Positions 8,975 to 18,448 of a stretch of DNA of 54,652 nt are shown in pieces. Both the position numbers and the translations under genes were made by a program. The first letter of the stretch is position 1. Every line of letters begins with the position of its first letter. The notes under the pieces were generated by a model, which had not been told where the DNA came from, did not search any database, and worked only from the letters and a program-made list of their open reading frames with translations. Source of the DNA: an uncultured Clostridia bacterium (GTDB taxonomy: Bacteria > Bacillota > Clostridia > Oscillospirales > CAG-272); NCBI GenBank assembly GCA_947627475.1, contig CANQWE010000001.1, forward strand, positions 73,069 through 127,720, in the 5' to 3' direction.

Positions 8975-10147
8975 ATGAAACAAATTTATTTGGACAACAG
9001 CGCAACAACAAAACCCTCAGAGGCTTCCCTGCAGAAAATGCGGGAAGCCTTGCGCATATGTTATGGGAATCCCGGCTCTGTGCATCAGGCGGGGATAGAT
9101 GCCCACCGTATGCTGGAAGAGGCCAGGCGATGTGTGGCAGCGTCTCTGGGGCTGCGCCGTCCTGCAGACGGACAAATTCTGTTTTGCTCCTGTGGAACAG
9201 AAGCCAACAATCAAGCGATTTGGGGAACAGTATATGCCAAAAGAAGACTGGAAAAGGGGAGCAGCCGAGGGAAAATCCTCATCACAGACGGCGAGCACCC
9301 CTCTGTTGAAAATACTGCGGCCAGATTGGAATCGGACGGATTTACCGTTGTGCGTATTCCCACCCGGGGCGGGACACTAAATTTGGAATACCTGGAACAG
9401 GCAGCTGACGACAGCGTAATCCTGGCTTCCATGATGCTGGTCAACAACGAGACAGGCGCTTTGTACCCTATCCGGGAGGCGGCAAGGATTATCCGAAGGA
9501 AAAGTCCCGGCGCGGTAGTGCACTGCGATGCTGTGCAGGGATATATGCGCGTTCCTGTGACGCCGACCGCCCTTGGAGTAGATCTGCTTTCCATAAGCGC
9601 GCATAAGATTTATGCGCCGAAAGGCGCAGGGGCGCTGTATGTCTCTGCTGAAATGCTTCGGGGAAAGCGAATGATTCCCCTGCTAATGGGGGGCGGGCAG
9701 GAAGGCGGACTGCGCAGCGGTACCGAAAATACGCCGGCAATCGCAGCCTTTGGGGCGGCAGTCTTAGAGGGAATGAAGGAGGCGGAGACGCGATCCCGGA
9801 CGGTGCAGCGTCTGCGGGCCTTTCTGCTGGAAAAGCTGCGTCCCTTGGTGCAAATCAACCAGCCGGAGAGCAGCGTAGATGCCATCGTCCATATAACGCT
9901 TCCCAGTATAAAAAGTGAGGTAATGCTGCGAGCATTATCTGCTGCAGGGATCTGCGTCAGTGCGGGAAGCGCCTGCAGCGCCCGGACGAAAAAAATAAGC
10001 CCCACGCTTTTGGCGTTTGGCCTGAGTCAGCGCGAGGCAGATTGTTCCCTGCGTATCAGCCTTTCCTATCAGAATACGGAGGAAGAACTTTCACAGTTTG
10101 CAGATGTATTGGAGACACAGATCCGCCGTTTGGCGCGAATGCGGTAA
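8975..10147 (+). CDS. iscS: Cysteine desulfurase (IscS/NifS family)
   Basis: IYLDNSATT, SAHKIYAPKG (PLP Lys), RSGTEN, SAGSAC catalytic Cys. Confidence 0.9.
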   Translation: MKQIYLDNSATTKPSEASLQKMREALRICYGNPGSVHQAGIDAHRMLEEARRCVAASLGLRRPADGQILFCSCGTEANNQAIWGTVYAKRRLEKGSSRGKILITDGEHPSVENTAARLESDGFTVVRIPTRGGTLNLEYLEQAADDSVILASMMLVNNETGALYPIREAARIIRRKSPGAVVHCDAVQGYMRVPVTPTALGVDLLSISAHKIYAPKGAGALYVSAEMLRGKRMIPLLMGGGQEGGLRSGTENTPAIAAFGAAVLEGMKEAETRSRTVQRLRAFLLEKLRPLVQINQPESSVDAIVHITLPSIKSEVMLRALSAAGICVSAGSACSARTKKISPTLLAFGLSQREADCSLRISLSYQNTEEELSQFADVLETQIRRLARMR

Positions 10148-10181
10148 AAAACTCCCTATCGATTATCCGATAGGGAGTTTT
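10148..10181. terminator. Bidirectional terminator between convergent genes
   Basis: AAAACTCCCTATCG-attatc-CGATAGGGAGTTTT perfect 14-bp stem. Confidence 0.85.
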
Positions 10182-10925
10182 CTAAACAGATATGGGAAAA
10201 TCAATTTCCCGCACATACTCAGGAAAAACGTGAGCCGTCAAATTAAACGACAGTGGAATTATATCATATTTTCCAACGGCGACCATAGCCACCGTACAGT
10301 TTTGTGTAATATTTGGTCCCAGTCCGGCACGACCGCCGGTCAACGAGGAAAACAACGCGTTCATAATGCCTCCGTGCGTTACGGCAACAATCCCTTGCTC
10401 CGCACTTGCAGAGCACAACTGAGAAAGGGTACGCTTCATACGCTGGGCAGCATGGGGAATGCTTTCCACATCTTTGGGATATTCTGCCGGCGTGGGATAC
10501 ATTTCTTTCTTTTTCGCAGGAGTCAGTCCGGAAAGGGACCCGTAGTCCCGTTCAATCAGTCCCCCTTCGATTGCAGGCCCCTCAAGGAGGAGACTCTCGC
10601 AGATATAAGACGCAGTATCATAAGCCCGCATTAAGGGAGACGTATACACCTTTTGCATTTTCAGCTTGTTTGTTACAAGTGCTCCCCCCAAAAAGGATGC
10701 GCAATGAAGCGCTTGTCTGCGTCCCTCTTCACTCAGAGGAATATCTTCTCTGCCCTGCAGCCGCATTTGTATATTCCAGTCAGTAAGGCCGTGGCGCACC
10801 AAAAAAACAGGCTTGCGTTCTTCAAGAAGCAAAGCAGTTGCCTGCGCGGGTGTACAGAAAAGCAGAGGTGTGCCTGTTGTGGGTGCAAAAGTGACATGTG
10901 TCCGTTTGCGGTCATTTTGGTCCAT
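10182..10925 (-). CDS. Histidine phosphatase (phosphoglycerate mutase family)
   Basis: LVRHGLTDWN, SPLMRA, ERDYG, VTHGG; start chosen after AAGGGG RBS. Confidence 0.88.
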   Translation of the reverse strand: MDQNDRKRTHVTFAPTTGTPLLFCTPAQATALLLEERKPVFLVRHGLTDWNIQMRLQGREDIPLSEEGRRQALHCASFLGGALVTNKLKMQKVYTSPLMRAYDTASYICESLLLEGPAIEGGLIERDYGSLSGLTPAKKKEMYPTPAEYPKDVESIPHAAQRMKRTLSQLCSASAEQGIVAVTHGGIMNALFSSLTGGRAGLGPNITQNCTVAMVAVGKYDIIPLSFNLTAHVFPEYVREIDFPISV

Positions 10926-11056
10926 ACGGATTTCCCCTTTATCAGTGGCTACATGTATATTATAACAAAATGTGCATAGGTTTGTCAACACAGCAGATAC
11001 GATCCCATTGTAATTTGCATAATACGGGAAATTGTGGGCAGATGGGGGAAAAACTA

Positions 11057-11085
11057 TTGAAAAAAACGATAAGGTATATTATAAT
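11057..11085 (+). promoter_or_regulatory. sigma-A promoter for dockerin/sugar operon
   Basis: TTGAAA, 17 bp, TATAAT (11080-11085). Confidence 0.6.
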
Positions 11086-11138
11086 TAAAGATACATAAAT
11101 CTTACGTGAAATGAATATAAACGGGTTGGAGAAATACT

Positions 11139-13178
11139 ATGCAAAAAAAGTTGTTTTCTGCATTCCTGATTGTTGCGGTGCTGTTATCTGCTATGGCCGT
11201 CACTGTGCCGGTTGGTGCGTCTTCCTTTCTGCGGGGCGATCTGGATGGAGATGGTGCACTCACTCCCCTGGATGCGCTTGATCTGGTGAAATATTTGGCT
11301 GGTGCTACCGATTGGGTGGAGTTGGATCTTGCAGATGTGGATGGAGATGGAGCGGTTTTGGCCACAGATAGCCTGGAGCTAAAACTGCATTTGGCGGGGG
11401 CCATCGATATTACAGAAAAATATCCCGTTCCCGATACCAATGTTGGAACCATTACCATTTCCGGAGTAAATATCGGGAAATATACTATTTTGGCAGCAGA
11501 TCCTGACAACGCCAATATTGAGTTTGCAGCCAGTGAGCTGCAGAAATATGTAAAGGAAGCCTGCGGTAGAACCCTTCCCATTACCGAGGGGACTTCCTCC
11601 GCTCCCTACCAGATCGTACTGTGCGCAGATGACGGCTCCAGGGACCTTGGAGACGACGGATTTTCTATTTCTGTGTCGGATGGGACCCTGACCATCATGG
11701 GCGGCGCTGTTAGAGGCGTGATGTACGGCGTGTACGAGTTGCTGGAGGAATATGTCGGGTATCGCTTCCTGGGATACAACGATAAGGTGCTGTACACTGC
11801 GCAAACGGTCGATCTGCCGGATGGCCTACGGGACGAACAGGTGCCTGCGGTCCGGTACCGCTGTATTACTATCGATCCCTATAAAAACGACTATACATAT
11901 GCTTCGGTGATTAAGCGTAAGCTCAGCGGATGCTCTGATCAGCCCAGTATGCTGCGGCCGGAATATGGATATGGAATCCAACGTCTGTTTTTGAATGCCC
12001 ATTCTCTGGACTATTTTATTCCCGATGCGGAGGTTCCCTGCCTGTCGCAGGAAGCCTCCTATGAAACCTGTCTTTCCAATATGAAAAAGCTGTTGGATGA
12101 GCGAATCGCAGCGGGAGGCGTCGTAGGAAAGGACATTACGGAAATTTCCTGCTCCTATTCTGCCGAGGGACGGTTCTGCGTGTGTGCAGAATGCAGCGCC
12201 ACCTATCAGGCTGAGGGAAGCCAGGCCGGTGTGCTGGTGCCCTTTGTCAACCGGATCGATGAGGCCCTGCGCCAGGAATATCCGGGCATTCGGGTGATTA
12301 CCAACGCCTACGGAGACGTGCGCATTCCTCCAAAGGACGCGGTGCTGAACGAGGAAGTGGTGCTGCTGTATTGCTGGAACGGATGCGCCAACCATCCGAT
12401 AGGCAGTGGGGAATGTCAAGAGGGCGGCAACAGCCTAGGCTATTCCAATACTAAGGAGGAAGCCTATTACCTTGGATGGACGGAGCACTGCTCCCAGACC
12501 TATATCTGGTACTACCCTACAAACATCTATTATCTGCTGTGTCCCCAACCCAATCTTGCCAATCTCTATAACGACTTTGTCTGGTTTATGGAGCATAAAG
12601 CCGAGGGCTTTTATGTAGTAGGCACGGCCGGCAGCTCCTTCGAAGCATTGGACGCATATCTGCTTTCCGAACTGATGTGGGACGGCGGTATGGTTGAGGA
12701 AGAATATATCCTGCGTATGAAGGAATACCTACAGGCATATTACGGACCGGGTTGGTCGTATATATATACCTACATCCAAATGCTCACCCAGGCGGGGGAC
12801 GAAATGGGCTGTGTCCTCAATGACTATGAATATCCCTTTGATATCTATTCCAAAACCTATTTTGCTGCTCACTTTGCAACCATGCAGGACCTGTTTGCAC
12901 AGGCCCTGGCAGCCTGCGAGGCGGATTGGCAGCGGGAAAATGTTCGCCGCCTGTCGGCGCATATGCTGTTTTTGGGATACAGCGCAACCTATGAGGACCA
13001 ATATAAAAATGGTACGCAGGAGCAGAGGGACGCCTATGCGGCGGGATACCGTGCCTGGTACGACTTGGTGAATGAGCTGGATATTCGGGTGACATATACG
13101 CAGACCGGCTTGGATAAAGCTTTTTCTCTTGCCGTCAGCCCCATGCAGTTTGTGTATGGAATTGACGGACAACGATAA
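11139..13178 (+). CDS. Secreted protein: N-terminal dockerin, hexosaminidase domain-2-like module, DUF4838-like putative glycoside hydrolase
   Basis: Signal peptide; GDLDGDGALTPLDA and ADVDGDGAVLATD repeats; FAASELQKY...RGVMYGVYELLEEYVGYRF; PCLS, FCxCxEC, YLLSELMWD, YYGPGW. Confidence 0.75.
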   Translation: MQKKLFSAFLIVAVLLSAMAVTVPVGASSFLRGDLDGDGALTPLDALDLVKYLAGATDWVELDLADVDGDGAVLATDSLELKLHLAGAIDITEKYPVPDTNVGTITISGVNIGKYTILAADPDNANIEFAASELQKYVKEACGRTLPITEGTSSAPYQIVLCADDGSRDLGDDGFSISVSDGTLTIMGGAVRGVMYGVYELLEEYVGYRFLGYNDKVLYTAQTVDLPDGLRDEQVPAVRYRCITIDPYKNDYTYASVIKRKLSGCSDQPSMLRPEYGYGIQRLFLNAHSLDYFIPDAEVPCLSQEASYETCLSNMKKLLDERIAAGGVVGKDITEISCSYSAEGRFCVCAECSATYQAEGSQAGVLVPFVNRIDEALRQEYPGIRVITNAYGDVRIPPKDAVLNEEVVLLYCWNGCANHPIGSGECQEGGNSLGYSNTKEEAYYLGWTEHCSQTYIWYYPTNIYYLLCPQPNLANLYNDFVWFMEHKAEGFYVVGTAGSSFEALDAYLLSELMWDGGMVEEEYILRMKEYLQAYYGPGWSYIYTYIQMLTQAGDEMGCVLNDYEYPFDIYSKTYFAAHFATMQDLFAQALAACEADWQRENVRRLSAHMLFLGYSATYEDQYKNGTQEQRDAYAAGYRAWYDLVNELDIRVTYTQTGLDKAFSLAVSPMQFVYGIDGQR

Positions 13179-13208
13179 AGAACCCTATAAGGAAGAAAGG
13201 ATTATACG

Positions 13209-14078
13209 ATGAAATTTGGAACACTGTATGCTTACTGGGTAAGCAATTGGGGCGCAGATTACTGCGAAATGGCCAGAAAGGCAAAGAAAGCCGGATTTGA
13301 TGTAATCGAGATCGGCGGCGGCGACCTGGTGAACATGAGCGACGCACAGCTTGCTGAGCTGCGCACTGTAACAAAGGAGCTGGGTCTGGAGATCTCTGCA
13401 AACCTGGGTCCCCCCAGAGACAAGGATGTGTCTTCTGCAGATCCGGCTATCCGGCGTGCCGGCGTGCAGTTCCTTGTGGACATCATGCATCAGATGGTAA
13501 AGATCGACTGCAATACCCTCATTGGTGCTCTGTACAACTGTTGGCCCTATGATTTCAAGGACCTGGATAAAGACGCTTTGTGGGAGCGGGCCGTTAGGGG
13601 TATGCAGGAGGTAGGAGACGAGGCAGACCGCTTGGGCATCACTATCTGCCTGGAGATCCTCAACCGGTTTGAAACCATTCTGCTGACCGACTGCGAGGAA
13701 GGCATCCGCTTCTGCAAGGATGTAAACCGGGACTCTGTGAAGCTGCTGTTGGATACCTTCCATATGAACATTGAAGAGGACGATCTGCCCGGCGCGATCC
13801 GCAAGGCAGGCGATCTCCTTGCCCATGTGCACGTGGGAGAGGGTAACCGGAAGCTGCCTGGGATGGGACACCTGCCCTGGGCTGAGATCGGTCAGGCTCT
13901 GCGGGATATCGGCTATGACAGAATGGTGGTTATGGAGCCTTTCATGAAATCCGGCGGTACCGTTGGCAGCGATATCAAGGTATGGCGGGATCTGTCCGGC
14001 GGCGCAGATGAAGCAGGCATGGACAAAATGATCGCAGATTCTCTTGTATTTTTGAAAAAACAATTTGTAGGGGCCTGA
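13209..14078 (+). CDS. D-psicose/D-tagatose 3-epimerase family protein
   Basis: N-terminal MKFGTLYAYW; metal/catalytic motifs LEILNRFE, LDTFHMNIEE, HVHVGE, VMEPF; IKVWRDL. Confidence 0.88.
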   Translation: MKFGTLYAYWVSNWGADYCEMARKAKKAGFDVIEIGGGDLVNMSDAQLAELRTVTKELGLEISANLGPPRDKDVSSADPAIRRAGVQFLVDIMHQMVKIDCNTLIGALYNCWPYDFKDLDKDALWERAVRGMQEVGDEADRLGITICLEILNRFETILLTDCEEGIRFCKDVNRDSVKLLLDTFHMNIEEDDLPGAIRKAGDLLAHVHVGEGNRKLPGMGHLPWAEIGQALRDIGYDRMVVMEPFMKSGGTVGSDIKVWRDLSGGADEAGMDKMIADSLVFLKKQFVGA

Positions 14079-14103
14079 GAGGGAAGCGGAAAGGATAGAA
14101 GCT

Positions 14104-15051
14104 ATGGCAGAAATTATGACCATGGGGGAAATCATCGTTGAGATCATGCGGGACGGTGTGGATAAGCCCCTGGATAAGGCAGAGGTGTTCCGCGGGCCGT
14201 ACCCTTCCGGCGCACCGGCGATTTTCATCGATACAGTGGCCCGGTTGGGCCATAGCGCCGCAATCGTAGGCGGCGTAGGCGACGACGACTTTGGAAAGTG
14301 TCTTTTGGACCGGCTGGAAGGAGACGGGGTGGACTGCTCCTGTGTGATCAAAAATGATCGGATTTCCACCGGCTGCGCCTTTGTTACATACTTTTCCGAC
14401 GGAGAAAGAAAGTTTATTTTCCACATCGGCAACACTCCTGCCGTGCTGGCCCCTGCGCCGGCGGCAGAAAAACTGCAGGGCCTTGGTTTTTTCCACATCA
14501 TGGGCTGCTCTCTCATGGCGGATATGGCCTTTGGACGCCGGATCGTGGAAACTATGCAGGCAGCAAAGGCGGCCGGTGCCAAGGTGTCCTTTGATCCCAA
14601 TGTTCGTCCGGAGCTGATGAAGGATCCCGAGGCGAAGGATTTGATTGCGGCTGTACTGAAGCAGACCAATGTGTTCCTGCCCGGCAAAAGTGAGCTGCGC
14701 ATGCTGTCCGGGTGTGAAGATATCGAAAAGGCAGTACAGGAGATGTTCCAGGTACATCCTGGTATGGAGATCATTGCACTGAAAAACGGGAAAAAGGGAT
14801 GTATCATTTATACCAGAGAAAAGCAGTTCTCCTTCGGTGTATATGCTGTGCCTGTGTTGGACGCCACCGGAGCGGGAGACAGCTTTGACGGCGCGTTCCT
14901 CTGCGCCCTGCTGGAGGGTAAATCCATGGAAGACGCGGCAAAAATGGCTACTGCTGCTGCGTCTCTCAACACGGCTGCATTTGGTCCCATGGAGGGGGAT
15001 ATTTCTCGGGAAAATGTTGAAAAAATGATTGCAGACAATATTTTAGAATAA
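14104..15051 (+). CDS. PfkB-family sugar kinase
   Basis: SGAPA, VGDDDFG, FDPNVRP, DATGAGDSF signature. Confidence 0.92.
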   Translation: MAEIMTMGEIIVEIMRDGVDKPLDKAEVFRGPYPSGAPAIFIDTVARLGHSAAIVGGVGDDDFGKCLLDRLEGDGVDCSCVIKNDRISTGCAFVTYFSDGERKFIFHIGNTPAVLAPAPAAEKLQGLGFFHIMGCSLMADMAFGRRIVETMQAAKAAGAKVSFDPNVRPELMKDPEAKDLIAAVLKQTNVFLPGKSELRMLSGCEDIEKAVQEMFQVHPGMEIIALKNGKKGCIIYTREKQFSFGVYAVPVLDATGAGDSFDGAFLCALLEGKSMEDAAKMATAAASLNTAAFGPMEGDISRENVEKMIADNILE

Positions 15052-15092
15052 GCTTTTGCACAATTTCAAGGAAAGGTATAGAGTACCAAAAA

Positions 15093-15935
15093 ATGTATAC
15101 AACAAGCAAAGAAATGATCCAAAAGGCCCGTGCAGGCGGATATGCCGTTCCTGCATTCAATGCAGAAAATCTGGAAATGGTGCAGGCGATCGTTGCAGCA
15201 GCCAGCCAACTTCGCTCTCCTGTCATGATTCAGACAACCCCCACTACGGTGAAATATCTCACCCTGCGCCAGGCAGTAGCCATGGTGCGTGCGGAGGGAG
15301 AGACCGCAGACGTGCCGGTCGCGCTGCATCTGGACCACTGCGAGAGCTTTGAAGGGGTAAGGGCCGCTGTACAGGAGGGGTACACCTCTGTAATGATCGA
15401 CGGTTCCAAGCTACCCTATGAAGAGAACATTGCACTGACCCGCAAGGTGGTGGAAATGGCTGCGGCCAGGGGCGTCACCGTAGAGGCGGAGCTGGGTACG
15501 GTAGGCGGTAAGGAAGACGGTCGAAGCGCCCAGATCGCATACACAGATCCTGCAGAGGCGGTGGACTTCTTCACCCGTACCGGTGTAGATATTTTTGCGG
15601 TTGCCATCGGCACAGCTCATGGATTCTACAAGGGGGAACCGAAGCTAAATTTTGATCTTTTGGCGACCCTGCGGGATAAAATTGACGCGCCTCTGGTGCT
15701 GCATGGTGGCTCCGGCATTCCCGACGAAATGATCCGCCGTACCATTGAACTGGGCATTAACAAGGTAAACTTTGCTACAGAACTGCGCGCAGCGGCTACA
15801 AAGGCCGTACGCGTCGCCCTGGAAGATGAAGCGATGATCGACCCCAAGAAATATATGGGACCGGCAAGAGAAGCAGTCATCGAGCTTTGCCGGCATAAAA
15901 TTCAGCTTTGCGGTTCTGACGGCAAAGCAGACTAA
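15093..15935 (+). CDS. Class II fructose/tagatose-bisphosphate aldolase
   Basis: YAVPAFN, LHLDH, VEAELG, AIGTAHG, LVLHGGSG. Confidence 0.93.
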   Translation: MYTTSKEMIQKARAGGYAVPAFNAENLEMVQAIVAAASQLRSPVMIQTTPTTVKYLTLRQAVAMVRAEGETADVPVALHLDHCESFEGVRAAVQEGYTSVMIDGSKLPYEENIALTRKVVEMAAARGVTVEAELGTVGGKEDGRSAQIAYTDPAEAVDFFTRTGVDIFAVAIGTAHGFYKGEPKLNFDLLATLRDKIDAPLVLHGGSGIPDEMIRRTIELGINKVNFATELRAAATKAVRVALEDEAMIDPKKYMGPAREAVIELCRHKIQLCGSDGKAD

Positions 15936-15957
15936 ATACATGAAGGCTAAGCAGAGA

Positions 15958-15987
15958 AAAAGGGCGGCATAAAATGCTGCCCTTTTC
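15958..15987 (+). terminator. Rho-independent terminator
   Basis: AAAAGGGCGGCAT-aaa-ATGCTGCCCTTTT. Confidence 0.75.
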
Positions 15988-16278
15988 CTGTTTCTGTTTT
16001 TTGCAAAATCTTGAGCTTTGCATTCATTTTGCTGCTTTCAAGCAGAATCCCGTATACATCTGAAGAAAATCTGTCTCGTAAAGACGCTGTGGAGACGTTG
16101 TCTTACACGTTGCAGGAAGCAGCGCACTGTTTACGGATGAAAGCAATTTTTTATCTCGCATATGGTTTTTTTGTGTCCGCATCATTTGTACTTTTGCCGT
16201 CACTTCCGAGATCACGTCGGTGGAGGCAGTTGCATGAATAGCAGCGAATTAACAAAAGTTAAAATTGTTCTTTTGGAG

Positions 16279-17256
16279 TCACTGCATCTGCTCCATCAGA
16301 AAGGCGGTGATGGCGTTAAAGGGGATGATCTCTGTACGATCATACAGATCCGTATGCACAGCCCCTGGAACAATCATCAGTTTTTTATTATCTCCTGACA
16401 GCTTTTCAAAAGCATCTCTGCTGAAATAACAGGAATGGGCCTTCTCTCCATGGACCAGCAGTACGGCACTGCGTATTTCCGTGCTGTACTGCAAAATAGG
16501 CATATTTAAAAAGGACAGGGCGGACGTACTGTTCCAGCCATCGTTGGAATTGAGGGATCTTTTGTGATAGCCCCGGCTTGTTTTGTAATAGTCATAATAA
16601 TCTTTCACAAAGAAAGGCGCGTCCTCCGGCAGCGGATCTACTACTCCTCCGGCCCGTGCATAGCTGCCGTTTTTGTAGTCTTCGATCCGCTGCGCATTGA
16701 GAGCCTTGCGCTTTTCATAGCGCAGTTCTGCGCTGTCCTCCGCATCAAAGTAGCCTTTTGCAATGACACGGGTCATATCATACATGGTTACAGCAACCGT
16801 AGCCTGAATCCGCGTATCGATTGCTGCCGCATTCAACGCCATGCCACCCCACCCACAAATCCCGATGATTCCGATTCTTTTTGGGTCTACTGTATCCTGA
16901 ACGGACAAAAAGTCTACTGCTGCCTGAAAGTCCTCTGTGTTGATATCCGGGGAGGCTACGTATCGGGGAAAGCCGCTGCTTTCTCCCGTAAAGGAGGGAT
17001 CGAAAGCAATGGCAGTAAACCCTCTTTCCGCCATCGTCTGTGCGTACAGTCCGGCAGCCTGCTCCTTTACTGCTCCAAAGGGGCCGCAGACAGCAAGGGC
17101 AGGCCGCTTTCCCATTACGCCTTCTTGGGGTTCATATAAATCGGCGGCTAAGGTGATTCCGTAGCGATTGTGAAATGTGATTTTTTTGTGGGTTACCCGA
17201 GAGCTTTCGGGAAAGGTTTTGTCCCACTCCGTTTCTAAATGCAGCGTTTCGTACAT
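16279..17256 (-). CDS. Alpha/beta hydrolase (YcjY-like, Cys nucleophile)
   Basis: GPFGAVKEQ, FTGESSG, GICGWGG nucleophile elbow, HTDLYD. Confidence 0.88.
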   Translation of the reverse strand: MYETLHLETEWDKTFPESSRVTHKKITFHNRYGITLAADLYEPQEGVMGKRPALAVCGPFGAVKEQAAGLYAQTMAERGFTAIAFDPSFTGESSGFPRYVASPDINTEDFQAAVDFLSVQDTVDPKRIGIIGICGWGGMALNAAAIDTRIQATVAVTMYDMTRVIAKGYFDAEDSAELRYEKRKALNAQRIEDYKNGSYARAGGVVDPLPEDAPFFVKDYYDYYKTSRGYHKRSLNSNDGWNSTSALSFLNMPILQYSTEIRSAVLLVHGEKAHSCYFSRDAFEKLSGDNKKLMIVPGAVHTDLYDRTEIIPFNAITAFLMEQMQ

Positions 17257-17274
17257 ATTTTTCTGTCTCCTCCT

Positions 17275-17817
17275 TTATTGGATTGCATTGCCCATGGTAT
17301 ATGCGCTTTCCAGCGCCGGGTGGCCGAAGATTTCTCCGGCGCCGTTCACCCCGCCGGCAAACACAGTCCCGATCAGGGCGGCTTTTTCAAAGCAGGCGAT
17401 CCACCCCTGCAGTCCGCTGATTGCTCGCTCCGGTACAGTTTCGGCGTTCTCTGCCGCTGTGGAAAGCATATAAATATCCCGAAATGCATAATCGGAAGCA
17501 TACAGCGAATTTGCCCGATCCAGCAGGGTTTTCATCTGTCCGCTCATTTCGTAGTAGTATATGGGAGTTGCAAAAGCAATAACATCTGCCCGGCGCATTT
17601 TTTCTACGATTTCTCCCGCGTCGTCTTGTATGACACATTTTTTTAGCTTCTGACAGGCCAGACATCCTTTGCAAAAGGCCAGGCATTTTTCCTGCAGCGT
17701 AATTTTTTCTGTTAAATTTCCCGCATCTTTTGCACCTGCAAGAAAAGCGTCTGCGAGGGCCTGTGAATTGCTCCTGCTACGCAGGCTGGTACTTATAATC
17801 AAAACATTCTTTGCCAT
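17275..17817 (-). CDS. Flavodoxin-family / NADPH-dependent FMN reductase with Cys cluster motif
   Basis: STSLRSRSNS, CKGCLAC...C, ATPIYYYEMSGQMKTLLDR; GGAGG RBS. Confidence 0.88.
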   Translation of the reverse strand: MAKNVLIISTSLRSRSNSQALADAFLAGAKDAGNLTEKITLQEKCLAFCKGCLACQKLKKCVIQDDAGEIVEKMRRADVIAFATPIYYYEMSGQMKTLLDRANSLYASDYAFRDIYMLSTAAENAETVPERAISGLQGWIACFEKAALIGTVFAGGVNGAGEIFGHPALESAYTMGNAIQ

Positions 17818-17839
17818 TTTGACCTCCATAATGAATCGA

Positions 17840-17868
17840 TTGACAGATTTTCTTTTTTGTGCTATGAT
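17840..17868 (+). promoter_or_regulatory. sigma-A promoter for merR-family gene
   Basis: TTGACA (17840-17845), 17 bp, TATGAT (17863-17868). Confidence 0.65.
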
Positions 17869-17869
17869 C

Positions 17870-17900
17870 AGTATAAACCCTAAACCTAACTTTATGTCAA
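17870..17900 (-). promoter_or_regulatory. MerR-type promoter with 19-bp spacer driving the flavodoxin/hydrolase genes
   Basis: Minus strand TTGACA-taaagttaggtttagggtt-TATACT; 19-bp spacer with imperfect dyad TAAA-N6-TTTA; adjacent to a MerR gene. Confidence 0.75.
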
Positions 17901-17960
17901 GGCTTTTTTGAAAAATTATAAAAAGCAAAAGGTAGATACAATAAAAACAGGAGCGTGTAT

Positions 17961-18398
17961 ATGTATACCATCGGTCAAGTGTCGCAGCTGTTTGAACTGC
18001 CAGTTTCTACTTTGCGTTATTACGACAAGGAAGGCCTTTTCCCGGATATGAAACGGGTTTCCGGGATCCGTCAGTTTGATGAAAAAGAAGTGGAGGCCAT
18101 CCGGGTAATCGAATGTCTGAAGAAATCCGGCATGGAGATCAAGGATATAAAGCAATTTATGGAGTGGTGTGCCCAGGGACCACAAACATATCCTCAGCGC
18201 AGGGAACTTTTTCTAAAGCGGAAGGCCTATGTGGAAGCAGAAATCGAACGGATGCAACAGGTGCTGGATATGCTTATCTTTAAATGCTGGTATTATGGGG
18301 AGGCCATGCGGGATGGAGATGAAACACGCCTGCAGCCTATAAAGCCGGAGGATATGCCGGAGCGTATCCGGCAGGCTTATGAAAACGCTCACAGATAA
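17961..18398 (+). CDS. MerR-family transcriptional regulator (AdhR/NmlR-like)
   Basis: MYTIGQVS...STLRYYDKEGL HTH; IECLKKSGM with the conserved Cys. Confidence 0.92.
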   Translation: MYTIGQVSQLFELPVSTLRYYDKEGLFPDMKRVSGIRQFDEKEVEAIRVIECLKKSGMEIKDIKQFMEWCAQGPQTYPQRRELFLKRKAYVEAEIERMQQVLDMLIFKCWYYGEAMRDGDETRLQPIKPEDMPERIRQAYENAHR

Positions 18399-18401
18399 CT
18401 G

Positions 18402-18447
18402 AAAAACCGGAGTTTAAGCAGTCACCCTGCTTAAACTCCGGTTTTTT
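18402..18447. terminator. Bidirectional terminator
   Basis: AAAAACCGGAGTTTAAGCAG-tcacc-CTGCTTAAACTCCGGTTTTT, 20-bp stem. Confidence 0.85.
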
Positions 18448-18448
18448 A

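Noticed and set aside
13185-14807. 540-aa minus-strand ORF
   Set aside because: Antisense to the well-supported epimerase and kinase genes.
15990-16278. ~290-bp gap with 63-78 aa ORFs
   Set aside because: No RBS, motif or clear structure could be supported.
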